Positions 19,346-28,909 of a stretch of 64,000 bases of DNA are shown one piece after another. The notes under the pieces are model-generated. The model was not told where the DNA came from. It searched no databases and was given only the letters and a program-made list of their open reading frames with translations. Source of the DNA: an uncultured bacterium (GTDB lineage Bacteria > Verrucomicrobiota > Verrucomicrobiia > Limisphaerales > UBA8199); contig CAVVMW010000012.1 in NCBI GenBank assembly GCA_963749495.1, forward strand, positions 448,001-512,000. The letters run 5' to 3'. Position 1 is the first letter of the stretch; the number at the start of each line of letters is the position of its first letter. The position numbers were made by a program, and so were the translations under genes.

Positions 19346-21055
19346 ATGCAAGCGTCCTCGGACAGCGGACCACCGGACCCGCTTCGCGCCGGGTGCGCCC
19401 CTGCGCCGAGTCTCCGGAGCCCGATAACGGCCTATCATTGGCTGGTGGTCATCCTGGCCACGTGCGGCTGGCTCTTCGACTGCATGGGCCAGCGGATCTT
19501 CGTGATTTCGCGGGAGCCGGCCCTGAGGGAGTTGCTGGGGGCAACGGTCTCCGGCGACACCGTGCGGCATTGGGGAGGACTGGCGACGTCCATGATGATG
19601 GTAGGTTGGGCGACCGGCGGCATCCTCTTCGGGCTGATGAGCGACCGCTGGGGGCGTGTCAAGGTGATGGTGAGCACGTTGCTGGCCTATACCGTGTTTT
19701 CGGGGGTGGCCGGCTTTGCCCGCAACGGAACCGAGTTCCTGGTGTACCGGTTCCTGTTCGGCCTGGGCGTGGGCGGGATGTTCGGCGCGGCGACGACGCT
19801 GGTGGCCGAGAGCGTGCCACAGCGCGCCCGCACGCTGGCCCTGGGACTGATGCAATCGCTCTCGGCCGGCGGCACGATGCTGGGCTCCGCCTTGAGCCTG
19901 GCGATCGTGCCGGGCCAGGAGAATTTCTGGGGCCATTTCAGCGGCTGGCAGGTCTTGTGCTTTGCCGGGGTTTGCCCGGCCGTCCTGGCCTTGCCCATGG
20001 CCCTGGTCCTCAAAGAACCCGAACCGTGGAAACAGGCCAAGGCCCTGGCCGCCAGCCAGGGACGGCCCAAGTCGGTCGGCTCGATGGGCGATCTGTTCCG
20101 GCACCCGCGCTGGCGCAAGGGGATGCTGGTGGGCGTGTGCCTCGGGGTGGCCGGCATGGTGGGCCTGTGGGGCATCGCCTTTTTCTCGCCCGAATTGATC
20201 ACCACGGCCCTGAAGAACCGGCCCTTGCAGGCAAACGAGATCCTCAAACCGGCCGAGATCGGCGCGGCCTTGAGCGCGCCCGCCAACCCGGCCGTTGCGC
20301 TGCTCAAGGCAAGGCTCTCCCCCGCCGCGGCCGGCCTGTTGGCTGCGCTACGCGCCGGGGGGCAAATCCCCCCCGCCACAGTCGAAGCCCTGGTTCGGGA
20401 GTTGAACCGGGTGATCCAGGGGGACCTGCTTTACGACCCGCTGGCCTTCCAGGCCGTCCCCCTCAGGAAGGCCACCCGCAACCTCGTCAAGCTGGTCCAA
20501 AAGAGCCGCGCGCGGCAGGACGAGCTCTTTCTGAACCGGCAGTTGGTCGAACAGTTGTTTCCCGGGGCGATCCTCGAGTTGCAGGTGACCATCGATGGGA
20601 TGCGGAGCAAGGGCACGATGTTGCAGGACCTGGGGGCCATCCTGGGAATGCTCACCTTTACCTTCGTCGCCTCGTATTTCAACCGCCGCAAGGCCTTCCT
20701 GGCGGCCTTTGTCTTTTGCCTCAGCGCGGTGGCCTTCGTCTTCTATGCGCTCAAGACGGCGGCCGATATCTACTGGATGCTGCCGCTCATGGGCTTCGGC
20801 ACGCTCTCGGTCTTTGCCGGCTATTCGATCTACTTCCCCGAACTGTTCCCGACCCGGCTGCGGGGCACGGGGGTGGGGCTGTGCTACAACACGGTGCGCT
20901 ACCTGACAGCGCCCTTTCCGTTCCTGCTGGGCTGGCTGAGCACCCTCTTCCCCTTCCGCACCGTCGCCGTGGCCATGTGCTCGATTTACCTCCTGGGCAT
21001 CGTGGCGCTCGCCTGGGCGCCCGAAACCAAGGGCCAGCCGCTGCCTGAAGACTGA
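19346..21055 (+). CDS. MFS transporter (sugar-acid/sialate-like) with an extended loop
   Basis: G.MSDRWGR motif A, GWLFD, YFPELFPTRLRGTG.G. Confidence 0.9.
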   Translation: MQASSDSGPPDPLRAGCAPAPSLRSPITAYHWLVVILATCGWLFDCMGQRIFVISREPALRELLGATVSGDTVRHWGGLATSMMMVGWATGGILFGLMSDRWGRVKVMVSTLLAYTVFSGVAGFARNGTEFLVYRFLFGLGVGGMFGAATTLVAESVPQRARTLALGLMQSLSAGGTMLGSALSLAIVPGQENFWGHFSGWQVLCFAGVCPAVLALPMALVLKEPEPWKQAKALAASQGRPKSVGSMGDLFRHPRWRKGMLVGVCLGVAGMVGLWGIAFFSPELITTALKNRPLQANEILKPAEIGAALSAPANPAVALLKARLSPAAAGLLAALRAGGQIPPATVEALVRELNRVIQGDLLYDPLAFQAVPLRKATRNLVKLVQKSRARQDELFLNRQLVEQLFPGAILELQVTIDGMRSKGTMLQDLGAILGMLTFTFVASYFNRRKAFLAAFVFCLSAVAFVFYALKTAADIYWMLPLMGFGTLSVFAGYSIYFPELFPTRLRGTGVGLCYNTVRYLTAPFPFLLGWLSTLFPFRTVAVAMCSIYLLGIVALAWAPETKGQPLPED

Positions 21056-21095
21056 GGGGCGAGGGGCGAGGGACGAGGGGCGAGGGACGAGAGGC
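21054..21095. repeat. 7-mer microsatellite (gaggggc/gagggac)x6
   Basis: Direct reading. Confidence 0.85.
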
Positions 21096-21388
21096 AAAGC
21101 AGCAAAACTGAGTTGGCGGAAGCGGCGGCGGGCTTAACCTGGACGACAGAGCTTTGCGGTCAGCGCGGGCGAGCAGACGGCGATCCCGGGGATTGGTTCG
21201 TCGGGTTGCTCATCCTGTGTTGCTTCAGCTTCGGGACCGGCCTGCCAGGATGACTCCTCCGTTTCAGGCTGTCGGTGATAATCCCGCGTCTTTTCGTCTC
21301 CGCCAGGAAGCTCTCGAAGCAATGCCAGTAGTTCTCGTCCCAGCGATCCAGGTCAAAACGCCCGCCTGCACTCCGAATTCATTTCCAA

Positions 21389-22303
21389 TCAGGCGAGGAG
21401 GCGTCTGGCGTTGTCCTGACAAATGGCCCGGCGCTGCTCCGGAGTCAGGAGCGATTCCTTGAGCTTCAATGCTGCGGCTTCGAAGTAGAACAGCGGCGCA
21501 TGGGAGCCGAACAGGACGCGCTCAGCGGGCACTTGCTCGATGAGCTCGCCGACGCCGCCAACACCTTCAAGCATCGAAATCTCAACGCAAATATTCCCTG
21601 CCCTGACGAGCCTTCGCAGGGATTCGCCGTGCAGGGTGCGAAGCGCGTTGATCAACACCAATCGCAGTCCGGGCATTTGCCGAGCCAGCTCAGCCAGAGG
21701 CGCAGGGTCCACCGCTTCCACTCGCAGCAACGGGTGCATCATCCGCTCGTCTTCCATCACCAGAGCCACTTGCACGATGAGCCGGCGCTCGGCCGCCATC
21801 ATCAAAAGTCGGGCGAAGGCGGGGTCATCGAGCCGATAGCCATGATAATTGGGGTGTAGCCGAATGCCCGGCATGTGGTGGACCTCGACGCAACGCCGGA
21901 AGTCCTTCTCCCAGCCGGGCCGCTTGGGATTGATCGCCCCGAACGGGAGCAGCAGCCCGCCTCCGTGCCGCCGGCAGTCCTCTGCCAGGCGGGCGTTGAC
22001 AGCGCCAAGGTCCTTGTGCAGCAGCCCGTCGAAACTGCCTGCCCAGGCCTGGGTAACCCCGCGCGAGCGAAGCTTGGCAGACAACTGCCCCGGCTCGTCG
22101 CACGGCAGCCGCCGCAGCGGCCAGAGACCCAGGTTGACGTTCACGTCAACCAGTTCATGGTTTTCCCTCCCGCCCGCGAGGGCTGCCGGGCCTTCGAGTG
22201 CGATCATCGCCGAGCCGCTCGTGGCGGCGACGAGTCTCAAGAACTCCCGACGTGTCGTAGCCTGTCGGGTTTGGACCGGCCTGCTGGATGCCGCGGAGTT
22301 CAC
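21389..22303 (-). CDS. Amidohydrolase_2-family protein with Tat-like signal
   Basis: [27 protein letters not shown]-terminal D.N.N in place of D.H.H. Confidence 0.8.
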   Translation of the reverse strand: MNSAASSRPVQTRQATTRREFLRLVAATSGSAMIALEGPAALAGGRENHELVDVNVNLGLWPLRRLPCDEPGQLSAKLRSRGVTQAWAGSFDGLLHKDLGAVNARLAEDCRRHGGGLLLPFGAINPKRPGWEKDFRRCVEVHHMPGIRLHPNYHGYRLDDPAFARLLMMAAERRLIVQVALVMEDERMMHPLLRVEAVDPAPLAELARQMPGLRLVLINALRTLHGESLRRLVRAGNICVEISMLEGVGGVGELIEQVPAERVLFGSHAPLFYFEAAALKLKESLLTPEQRRAICQDNARRLLA

Positions 22304-23088
22304 ACCGTCACTCCTTTCGCCTTCAGAATCGGGCGCAGGAGCCGCTTCAGGTTTCCCGCCAGGATCAGCCGCCGGGCGCGCTCCGGGAGGTCCGCGCCCA
22401 AAACCTTGGCGAGCTGTGAGGCGAAGCTGCGTCCCCCGGCGTCACTGCCGTAGAGCACACGCTCGGCGCCCAGTTCGCGCACCGCCATCTCGGTGAAGCC
22501 CGCGGTGGGATCGCCCCCCGCCAGGTCCGCACACACGTTGGGCAACGGACGTATCGCGGGGATGCCCACCTCCCAATCGCCGCCGGTGTGGCCACAGACC
22601 AGCGTTGCTTGGGGATGGCGCGCGGCCAGCTCGGCGAGGTCCATTGGCGTCGACTCGCCGGGCAAGTTGCCGGTGATCTTGAGCCACGTGTGCTGGAGCA
22701 CCGGCGCCTTGAGTTCGGCTGCCCGCGCAATGAGCGGGTCCAGTTCCGGGGCGTTGCAGCGCTGCGCGACCCAGAGCTTGACCCCGACCATCGGCCCGTC
22801 GCGCACACATCGATTCAACTCGTCGAGGCTGGCCTGCGTGTGCCTCGGATTGAGATAGACCAGGCCAAACGCGCGGTCAGGATGCGCGCGAACGGCGCGG
22901 AGCACCTCGTCGTTCGCCTGCCGCATCTGCTCCGGCGAAGGATCGTAGCTGAACTCCAGGCCCATGCACAAGCAGAGCCGCGCGATGCCCAGGCGGTCGG
23001 CGTACTCGAGCAACTTGCCCAGTCGCGCCTCGGGAGTGTTCCCCGGCACGCCGCTCAAGTGGCAATGAAAGTCCCAGATCTCCATCAA
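22300..23088 (-). CDS. Amidohydrolase_2-family protein
   Basis: DFHCH, GVKL, CGHTGG and RVLYGSD motifs. Confidence 0.9.
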   Translation of the reverse strand: MMEIWDFHCHLSGVPGNTPEARLGKLLEYADRLGIARLCLCMGLEFSYDPSPEQMRQANDEVLRAVRAHPDRAFGLVYLNPRHTQASLDELNRCVRDGPMVGVKLWVAQRCNAPELDPLIARAAELKAPVLQHTWLKITGNLPGESTPMDLAELAARHPQATLVCGHTGGDWEVGIPAIRPLPNVCADLAGGDPTAGFTEMAVRELGAERVLYGSDAGGRSFASQLAKVLGADLPERARRLILAGNLKRLLRPILKAKGVTV

Positions 23089-24110
23089 CGTTGGGCTGCG
23101 CCAGGTTCGGCGCTGGTTGCGGACCCGGACAAAAACGCGTCGAACACCTTGAGGTTGCTCAGCCTGCAGTCAGCGGCATTCCAATCCGCGGTCACTCGGC
23201 CGGCCGTTTGGAGCCCGAGATACCTCGCCGGCTGGGTGGAGGCCATCGGCAGGATTTCTTCCAGCGGCAAGCCGGTGAATTTCACGGCGTTCGCCACACA
23301 GCGGTCCAAAGTTGCCGAGGATCCCGCCAGCCACGGTGCGCCCGGCTGGGAAACCCGTCCGTCTTCACTCAACACCACAGGCTCTCCATTTAATTCATAG
23401 GTGCCGGGGACACACCCGGCGACTGTCACCGCATCGCTTACCAATAAAGTGCGTTGAGGCGTTTTTGCGCGAATCATTGCCTTGACAGTCGCCGGCGGCA
23501 GGTGGTGCCCATCCACAATGAATGAGGCCGCCAAATCATCCGCCGCCAGTTGTTCCCAGATCACATTGGGGTGTCTGGGCAACTGATTGGCACAACCATT
23601 GCCCAAGTGGGTGGAAAGCGTTGCCCCCGCCTTGACCGCATCGCGAATCTGCTCCGGCGAAGCTGCCGTGTGTCCGATGGCCGCGCGAATACCCAAGCCC
23701 ACCAGGTGCTCGATCAACTCGATGGCTCCGCGCGCCTCAGGCGCCAGGGTCACCAGTCTGATCCACCCGGCGGCTGCTTCCTGGCGTCGCAGAAAGTCAT
23801 CCCTCGATGCGGCCACGACGTATTCGCGCGGATGCGCCCCGCGCGCGCCATCTTCAGGAGAGATATACGGCCCCTCCATATGAAGGCCAACCATCGCGGC
23901 GTGCGGCGTCTGGATGAGTGTCTTGGCACACTTGGCAAAGCGTTCGAAAGAGGACGTGCCGAGCGTCGGCAGAAAACGCGTCACACCCCTCCCGCGCAAT
24001 TGCTCAATCGCTCGATGCATCGCTTCTGGCGTGGTCGTAGGGTTGTTGAAATCCACGCCGCCGAAGCCGTTGACCTGAAGATCGAAAAATCCCGGAAATT
24101 CAATTTGCAT
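23085..24110 (-). CDS. nagA: N-acetylglucosamine-6-phosphate deacetylase
   Basis: PGFFDLQVNG, HMEGPYIS, VTLAPE, GHT.A, THLGNG, DGHH and LAGS motifs. Confidence 0.9.
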   Translation of the reverse strand: MQIEFPGFFDLQVNGFGGVDFNNPTTTPEAMHRAIEQLRGRGVTRFLPTLGTSSFERFAKCAKTLIQTPHAAMVGLHMEGPYISPEDGARGAHPREYVVAASRDDFLRRQEAAAGWIRLVTLAPEARGAIELIEHLVGLGIRAAIGHTAASPEQIRDAVKAGATLSTHLGNGCANQLPRHPNVIWEQLAADDLAASFIVDGHHLPPATVKAMIRAKTPQRTLLVSDAVTVAGCVPGTYELNGEPVVLSEDGRVSQPGAPWLAGSSATLDRCVANAVKFTGLPLEEILPMASTQPARYLGLQTAGRVTADWNAADCRLSNLKVFDAFLSGSATSAEPGAAQR

Positions 24111-24384
24111 AAGTTGGGTCCGATGGCCTTAATCCCTGCAGTCCAAGATCATGACTGACGGATTGTTCGAATATCCTCCGCTTCAAGCTGCAAGGTCAAT
24201 GCGCCAGCCGCGGCTCAAACTGAATTCCGAACACCCCCGCCAAAATGATCCCGAGCAGTCGCTTCGTCATGGACCCTAATCCTACCGTCTCCAGTTCAAT
24301 AGTCGAGATCACAATTGGGATTGCCAAGCACAGTGGGCCTCTGCCTCATCGGCATTCCCGGCCGGGACCGGGCGGCGCGAGGCC

Positions 24385-25497
24385 TCAATGTCCGGGGGGT
24401 GCGCAGGGAGGGACCCCGCACTGGCTGGCCAAGGCGGCCCGCCTCGCCCGCCATTGCGCGTTGTAGTTTGGCCTCCACTCGTGGAAACGGCCCAGTTTGT
24501 GCAGCACCTCCGGGTTGGCGATGGCAATTGGCAAACCACCGGTGCAGGCCCGCACCGCTTCCTCGGCCACGCTCTTTTTCAACTCCTTTAGCGAATCCTC
24601 GGAATACCACGCGGCGTGGTCGCTCACAATCACCCGGGGATGCTCTCGCAAGGGCGAACCGGGCGCCAACGGCTCTGTTTCGAAGACATCCAGGCCAGCC
24701 GCAGCCACGTGGCCGCTCGCCAGGGACTCCGCTAGCGCCGCCTCATCAACCAACGGTCCACGGGCAGTATTGATGAGCATTACCCCGGGCTTCATCCAGG
24801 CCAGTTCTCGTCGCCCGATCAAATGACGGGTCTCCGGCAGCAGCGGCGCATGGAGCGAGACATAATCTGATTCGTGGCAGAGCGTCGGCAGGTCCACCAG
24901 TTCCACTCCCAGTTCGGCGGCCTGTTCTGGTGGGACATACGGATCGAGGGCCAACAGGCGCATGTTCCAGCCACCGAGCTTGCGGGCCACCGCCCGTCCG
25001 ATATTGCCCAGGCCGACCAGTCCGATGGTGCTCCCGGCCAGGCGCCGTTGGCGCACCGGCGGAGTGACGTTCCAGCCGCCGGCGGCGACTCTTTGGTGCG
25101 TGGCCACAACGTCGCGCACGCAGGCCAACAGCAGCGCCAAGGCATGGGTTGCCACTTCGTCCACGCAGTAGTCGGTGCAATGCCCGATGAGGATGCCGGC
25201 GGCCGTTGCCGCTTCGTAGTCCACGTTATCGTAACCGATCCCATAGCGGACGATAATCCGACAGCGCCCGAACCGGCGGATGCGCTCCGGCGTGAGCTGA
25301 GTCCACCGGACCAGGATGGCGTCCGCGTCCTCAGCCTCTTGCAATGCAGCGGCTTCGCTCGGCAATTGGTCGCCATCAACAACGCAACCGCCGGCTTGGC
25401 GGATAATCTGTTGCTCGATGTCCGTCGAAGGAAAACCGTGTGGCAAGATAACGACTTTGAAGTTTCCGCGAGACAACGGCGCAGTTTTCGAAGTCAT
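24385..25497 (-). CDS. D-2-hydroxyacid dehydrogenase (CtBP-like)
   Basis: GLVGLGNIG, INTARG, GLDVFETEP and HAAWYS motifs. Confidence 0.92.
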   Translation of the reverse strand: MTSKTAPLSRGNFKVVILPHGFPSTDIEQQIIRQAGGCVVDGDQLPSEAAALQEAEDADAILVRWTQLTPERIRRFGRCRIIVRYGIGYDNVDYEAATAAGILIGHCTDYCVDEVATHALALLLACVRDVVATHQRVAAGGWNVTPPVRQRRLAGSTIGLVGLGNIGRAVARKLGGWNMRLLALDPYVPPEQAAELGVELVDLPTLCHESDYVSLHAPLLPETRHLIGRRELAWMKPGVMLINTARGPLVDEAALAESLASGHVAAAGLDVFETEPLAPGSPLREHPRVIVSDHAAWYSEDSLKELKKSVAEEAVRACTGGLPIAIANPEVLHKLGRFHEWRPNYNAQWRARRAALASQCGVPPCAPPGH

Positions 25498-25507
25498 GGC
25501 GTTTTCG

Positions 25508-25576
25508 GTTGATTTGTCCCCAATTTCACCTGTCCGGCCTCTCAGCGTCAACGATCATGATTCGGAGCTTTTCGTC
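25508..25576. repeat. Direct repeat copy 1 (promoter region of the minus-strand dehydrogenase operon)
   Basis: 45 bp identical core with 26792-26836; on the minus strand TTGACG-17 bp-TGAAAT. Confidence 0.9.
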
Positions 25577-25713
25577 ACTTTGCCTTGCCGGACCGCGTCT
25601 CCCTCATCCAGACCTTCCGCCAGCACCCGGCCTAACCCCTCATGGCTTATCCAGGCCCCAACGCCACCGGGTTTGAGCCTTGCAATTGTCCTCGATGGGG
25701 GGATAGTCCCACC

Positions 25714-25980
25714 ATGACATTGACCGCTGATAATAAGGGCAGGATCGCTTGCCGGAAATTGTTTCCGCCGCACGCCAGTTTCGAGGCCAGCCGGGAGCCG
25801 GACGGCAAGGTGACGCTCGTCCGGCTCAGGCGGCAAGAGCGCGAGCCCCGGATCGTAAAGCCGGTCCTGCGGAAGGGGCTCTTGGTCTTGCCCATCGAGG
25901 GCGGCAACCTCGACACCGAAGCGTTGGACAGAGAAATCCGGGAGGAACGCGAGAAGGAGAATGCGCGTCTATTGGGATAG
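25714..25980 (+). CDS. AbrB/MazE-like antitoxin
   Basis: MTLTADNKGRI...GKVTLVRL; overlaps the start of a PIN stub. Confidence 0.65.
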   Translation: MTLTADNKGRIACRKLFPPHASFEASREPDGKVTLVRLRRQEREPRIVKPVLRKGLLVLPIEGGNLDTEALDREIREEREKENARLLG

Positions 25981-25995
25981 TTCCGCGCTGCTATT
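25961..25995 (+). pseudogene. PIN toxin stub fused in frame to the downstream hypothetical gene
   Basis: MRVYWDSSALL is a PIN first-strand motif. Confidence 0.6.
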
Positions 25996-26035
25996 TGGCG
26001 ACTCCATTTGCGAACCGCTGATAGGCACCAGATTT

Positions 26036-26767
26036 ATGAGCACAAAACATGTTAAACCCATTTGGCTGATCACATGTGTATGTCTAGGGGTTGCTGTTCT
26101 TGTCTTGGCTCTGGGCTCAGGTTCAAAGCAGCCCACCTACAAAAGGCAACCTCTCGCTTACTGGTTCAACAGATTGCCGTTGACGATGAGCGGTGCCAAT
26201 ACATTGTCTTGCGTGCAGTTCCTGGAGGTGAGCGGCAGGAAGTACGGCAGTCGAGAAATAGAGCCAAGGGTCTCCATAGCAGCAATTCAAAGCATAGGCA
26301 CTAATGGATTGCCGTTCCTAATTCACAAAATCACGCGATGCGATCTGCCGATGATAAAATGGATCGAAGCGTGCGCCTCAAAATGCGGCATTAAGCGTTC
26401 GCTGTTCCCCGATCCGGAGCTGGAAAGGGGGCAAGCCGTGACGGCCCTTCTTGCTTTAAGCCCCTTACCCGAGAGCGCGATACTTCGACTCCGCAAGCCG
26501 CCCACCAACCCCACGAGCAGCATTGGTCTCTCGGTCGGCCTCGTGCTGGCGGCCAATACGAATATCCACCTCAAAGCCATCATTATCCCTCGCTCGTGGT
26601 GGGAAGGCAACGATCCTCTGTGGAACGCAGCTAATGCTCCCGCCTCCAACCGCCCGAAGAGCATTGAAGCATGGAGGCGCTCGGCAAGCCCGACGGTTGG
26701 AGCGCGGCCTCGGGAAGCCCGCAAGGTTTTGGACTGCGCCAGTCCTCTGGCGCTTTCGCCTCGTTAG
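26036..26767 (+). CDS. Membrane-anchored hypothetical protein (HEAT-like helices); C-terminus runs through a family B repeat
   Basis: N-terminal TM, QPTYKRQPLAYW, AIQSIGTNGLPFLI; lower GC. Confidence 0.6.
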   Translation: MSTKHVKPIWLITCVCLGVAVLVLALGSGSKQPTYKRQPLAYWFNRLPLTMSGANTLSCVQFLEVSGRKYGSREIEPRVSIAAIQSIGTNGLPFLIHKITRCDLPMIKWIEACASKCGIKRSLFPDPELERGQAVTALLALSPLPESAILRLRKPPTNPTSSIGLSVGLVLAANTNIHLKAIIIPRSWWEGNDPLWNAANAPASNRPKSIEAWRRSASPTVGARPREARKVLDCASPLALSPR

Positions 26768-26836
26768 TTGATTTTTCCCGAACTTTCACCGGTCCGGCCT
26801 CTCAGCGTCAACGATCATGATTCGGAGCTTTTCGTC
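26767..26836. repeat. Direct repeat copy 2 (orphan promoter duplicate)
   Basis: Matches 25508-25576; offset 1260 bp. Confidence 0.9.
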
Positions 26837-26898
26837 TAAAGGGCCGTCCCCGTGAATTCTGTTGTTTCCTGATTTTGCTCAAGGAGTATTCTGGCCAC

Positions 26899-28854
26899 AT
26901 GAAACAGATCCTCCCTTTCGCGGCCTGCCTTGCCCTCGTGCCTCTCGCTGCCCAAGGCGCGCCGCCCGGCGCGCCAACGAACTCCGCCGGTCTGCCGGGG
27001 CTCTTCGATCGGCAGAACCTCACGGCCTGGTGCGTGGTGCCGTTTGACGCCAAGAAGCGCGGGCCCGAGCAGCGGGCAGAGATGTTGCAGCGGCTTGGCT
27101 TCAAGAAGTTTGCCTATGATTGGCGGCCAAAGGACCTGCCGGCCTTCAACGCGGAGGTGGAGGCGCTGAACAAACACGGCATCAATCTGGTCGCCTGGTG
27201 GTTTCCAACCGATGCCGAGGTTACCTTGGGCAATAACCTGCGCGGTCTTGATTGGCTGGGGAAGGAGTTGGCGCATCCCGGCTCCGGGGGCGAACGTCCC
27301 CGTTTCAATGAGGCGGCCCTGGCGCCGGCGCCGATTTACAGCAAGAACAACGCCCCCGCCACCCCGAAGCTGGAAGACCTGCCGCTCAAGGACAGCGTGT
27401 CACAGTACGGCATCACCTGGACCTTCGAGAGCCCCGCCCGCACAGGCCAGTTCATCAATGGCGACTGGTACGTTGTCGGCCCCGTCAACCTCGTCAACAT
27501 TGACCCCGCCCCGCGCTATGGCAAGGAGGTCGCCGACGACGAACTCGACGGCCGCGAGAAAGTCCCCGTTGACGGGCGCTGCCGCAATGGCTCCATGCTC
27601 GACTCGCCCGCCCGGCAGGAAGTGGCCTGGGATTCCGGCGTCCTGAATTACTATCACCCCGAACATCGCGCGAGGCTGCCCATCGCCATGAAGCCCGGCG
27701 ACAGCCTGGCTTCCAGCATCAGCCTCCGCCAAGGCGAGAAAGTCACCTATCCGTATCATCCTGGCACCGTGCGTGGCGTGGACGACAACAGCCCCGTCAA
27801 GACCGTCGCCGTGCTCACCTGCGTCGCGGCCCCATTGCCGCCCGACGCCTTCCGTCCGGGCTATTGCGGCCACGACCCCAAGATCTGCCTGGCCCGCGAC
27901 CTCAGACGCGACCTGCTGCCGCGCTTCGACCAGCCTGCGGATGCCCCGGACCCCGCTCAGTTCGCCGAGCTCTTCCAGCGCCCCTGGTGCGACGCGGGCT
28001 TCTTCTCCTTCGACGTGCCCCAGCAGAGCATGCCCAACTACGCCCAGTGTTACGCCCAGGGCCTCGCCAACGCTGTCCTGCTGGCTTGCTGCGCCGGCAC
28101 CAGGCCCGAGGACAAGGAGCGGTTGCTCATCAACGTTGTCCAGATTGGCATTGACCATTACGGGCTGGTGCGCCATGGCCATCCCGGCTGGCCCGCCCAC
28201 GGAGGACACGGCTCCGGACGCAAGTTCCCCATCGTCTTCGCCGGCGCCATGCTCGGCGACGAAACCATGGCGAACATCAACCAGAGCTTTCCCAAGGCCG
28301 CCTTCGGCGAGGACGAGCAGACCGCCTACGGCGATTGCTGGACCGGCGCCAAGGTCGTCTTCACCGGCCACTCCGGCATCGATGCCGTCACCGGCATCGG
28401 GCGCGACTTCGTCCGCGCCGGCAATCCCTGGGGCCCCTACGAACACCTGCCACCCGACAAATGGGTCCCCGAAGAGTTCCGCAGCAACGCCTACCGCCGG
28501 GCCAACACCTCCACCTGCTTCGTCGCCCAAGCCTTGGTCCTCCGGACCATGAAGCTCGAAAAGGCCTGGAGCCACGACGCCTTCTTCAACTACGTCAACC
28601 GTTGGATGTTCGAGGACGACAAGCCCTTCCGCATCGAGATCGCCAAGTACTGCCGCCCGCCCTACAGCAAGGACGTTTACCTTGACGACAGCAAAGACTG
28701 GTTCCACGAGGGCTATGCCGACCAACCGTGGGTCAAGGAATTATGGAATAAGCACCGCCCGCTCTGCCCCGCGCCAACCGACGGTTGGAAGCAGAAGCAC
28801 GACAACAGCTACTACCTCAACGCCATCGAGAAGCAACGGAAAAAGCAAGGATAA
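26899..28854 (+). CDS. Secreted hypothetical protein; N-terminal part looks like a collapsed sugar-isomerase TIM-barrel fragment
   Basis: Signal peptide; AWCVVPFDAKKRGPEQRAEML..LG....AYDWR; long open frame with strong GC3 bias. Confidence 0.7.
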   Translation: MKQILPFAACLALVPLAAQGAPPGAPTNSAGLPGLFDRQNLTAWCVVPFDAKKRGPEQRAEMLQRLGFKKFAYDWRPKDLPAFNAEVEALNKHGINLVAWWFPTDAEVTLGNNLRGLDWLGKELAHPGSGGERPRFNEAALAPAPIYSKNNAPATPKLEDLPLKDSVSQYGITWTFESPARTGQFINGDWYVVGPVNLVNIDPAPRYGKEVADDELDGREKVPVDGRCRNGSMLDSPARQEVAWDSGVLNYYHPEHRARLPIAMKPGDSLASSISLRQGEKVTYPYHPGTVRGVDDNSPVKTVAVLTCVAAPLPPDAFRPGYCGHDPKICLARDLRRDLLPRFDQPADAPDPAQFAELFQRPWCDAGFFSFDVPQQSMPNYAQCYAQGLANAVLLACCAGTRPEDKERLLINVVQIGIDHYGLVRHGHPGWPAHGGHGSGRKFPIVFAGAMLGDETMANINQSFPKAAFGEDEQTAYGDCWTGAKVVFTGHSGIDAVTGIGRDFVRAGNPWGPYEHLPPDKWVPEEFRSNAYRRANTSTCFVAQALVLRTMKLEKAWSHDAFFNYVNRWMFEDDKPFRIEIAKYCRPPYSKDVYLDDSKDWFHEGYADQPWVKELWNKHRPLCPAPTDGWKQKHDNSYYLNAIEKQRKKQG

Positions 28855-28909
28855 GACCACGAGATGTGGGCAAAGACATTGCCTTCAGCCTTTAGCCTTC
28901 AGCCTTTTT

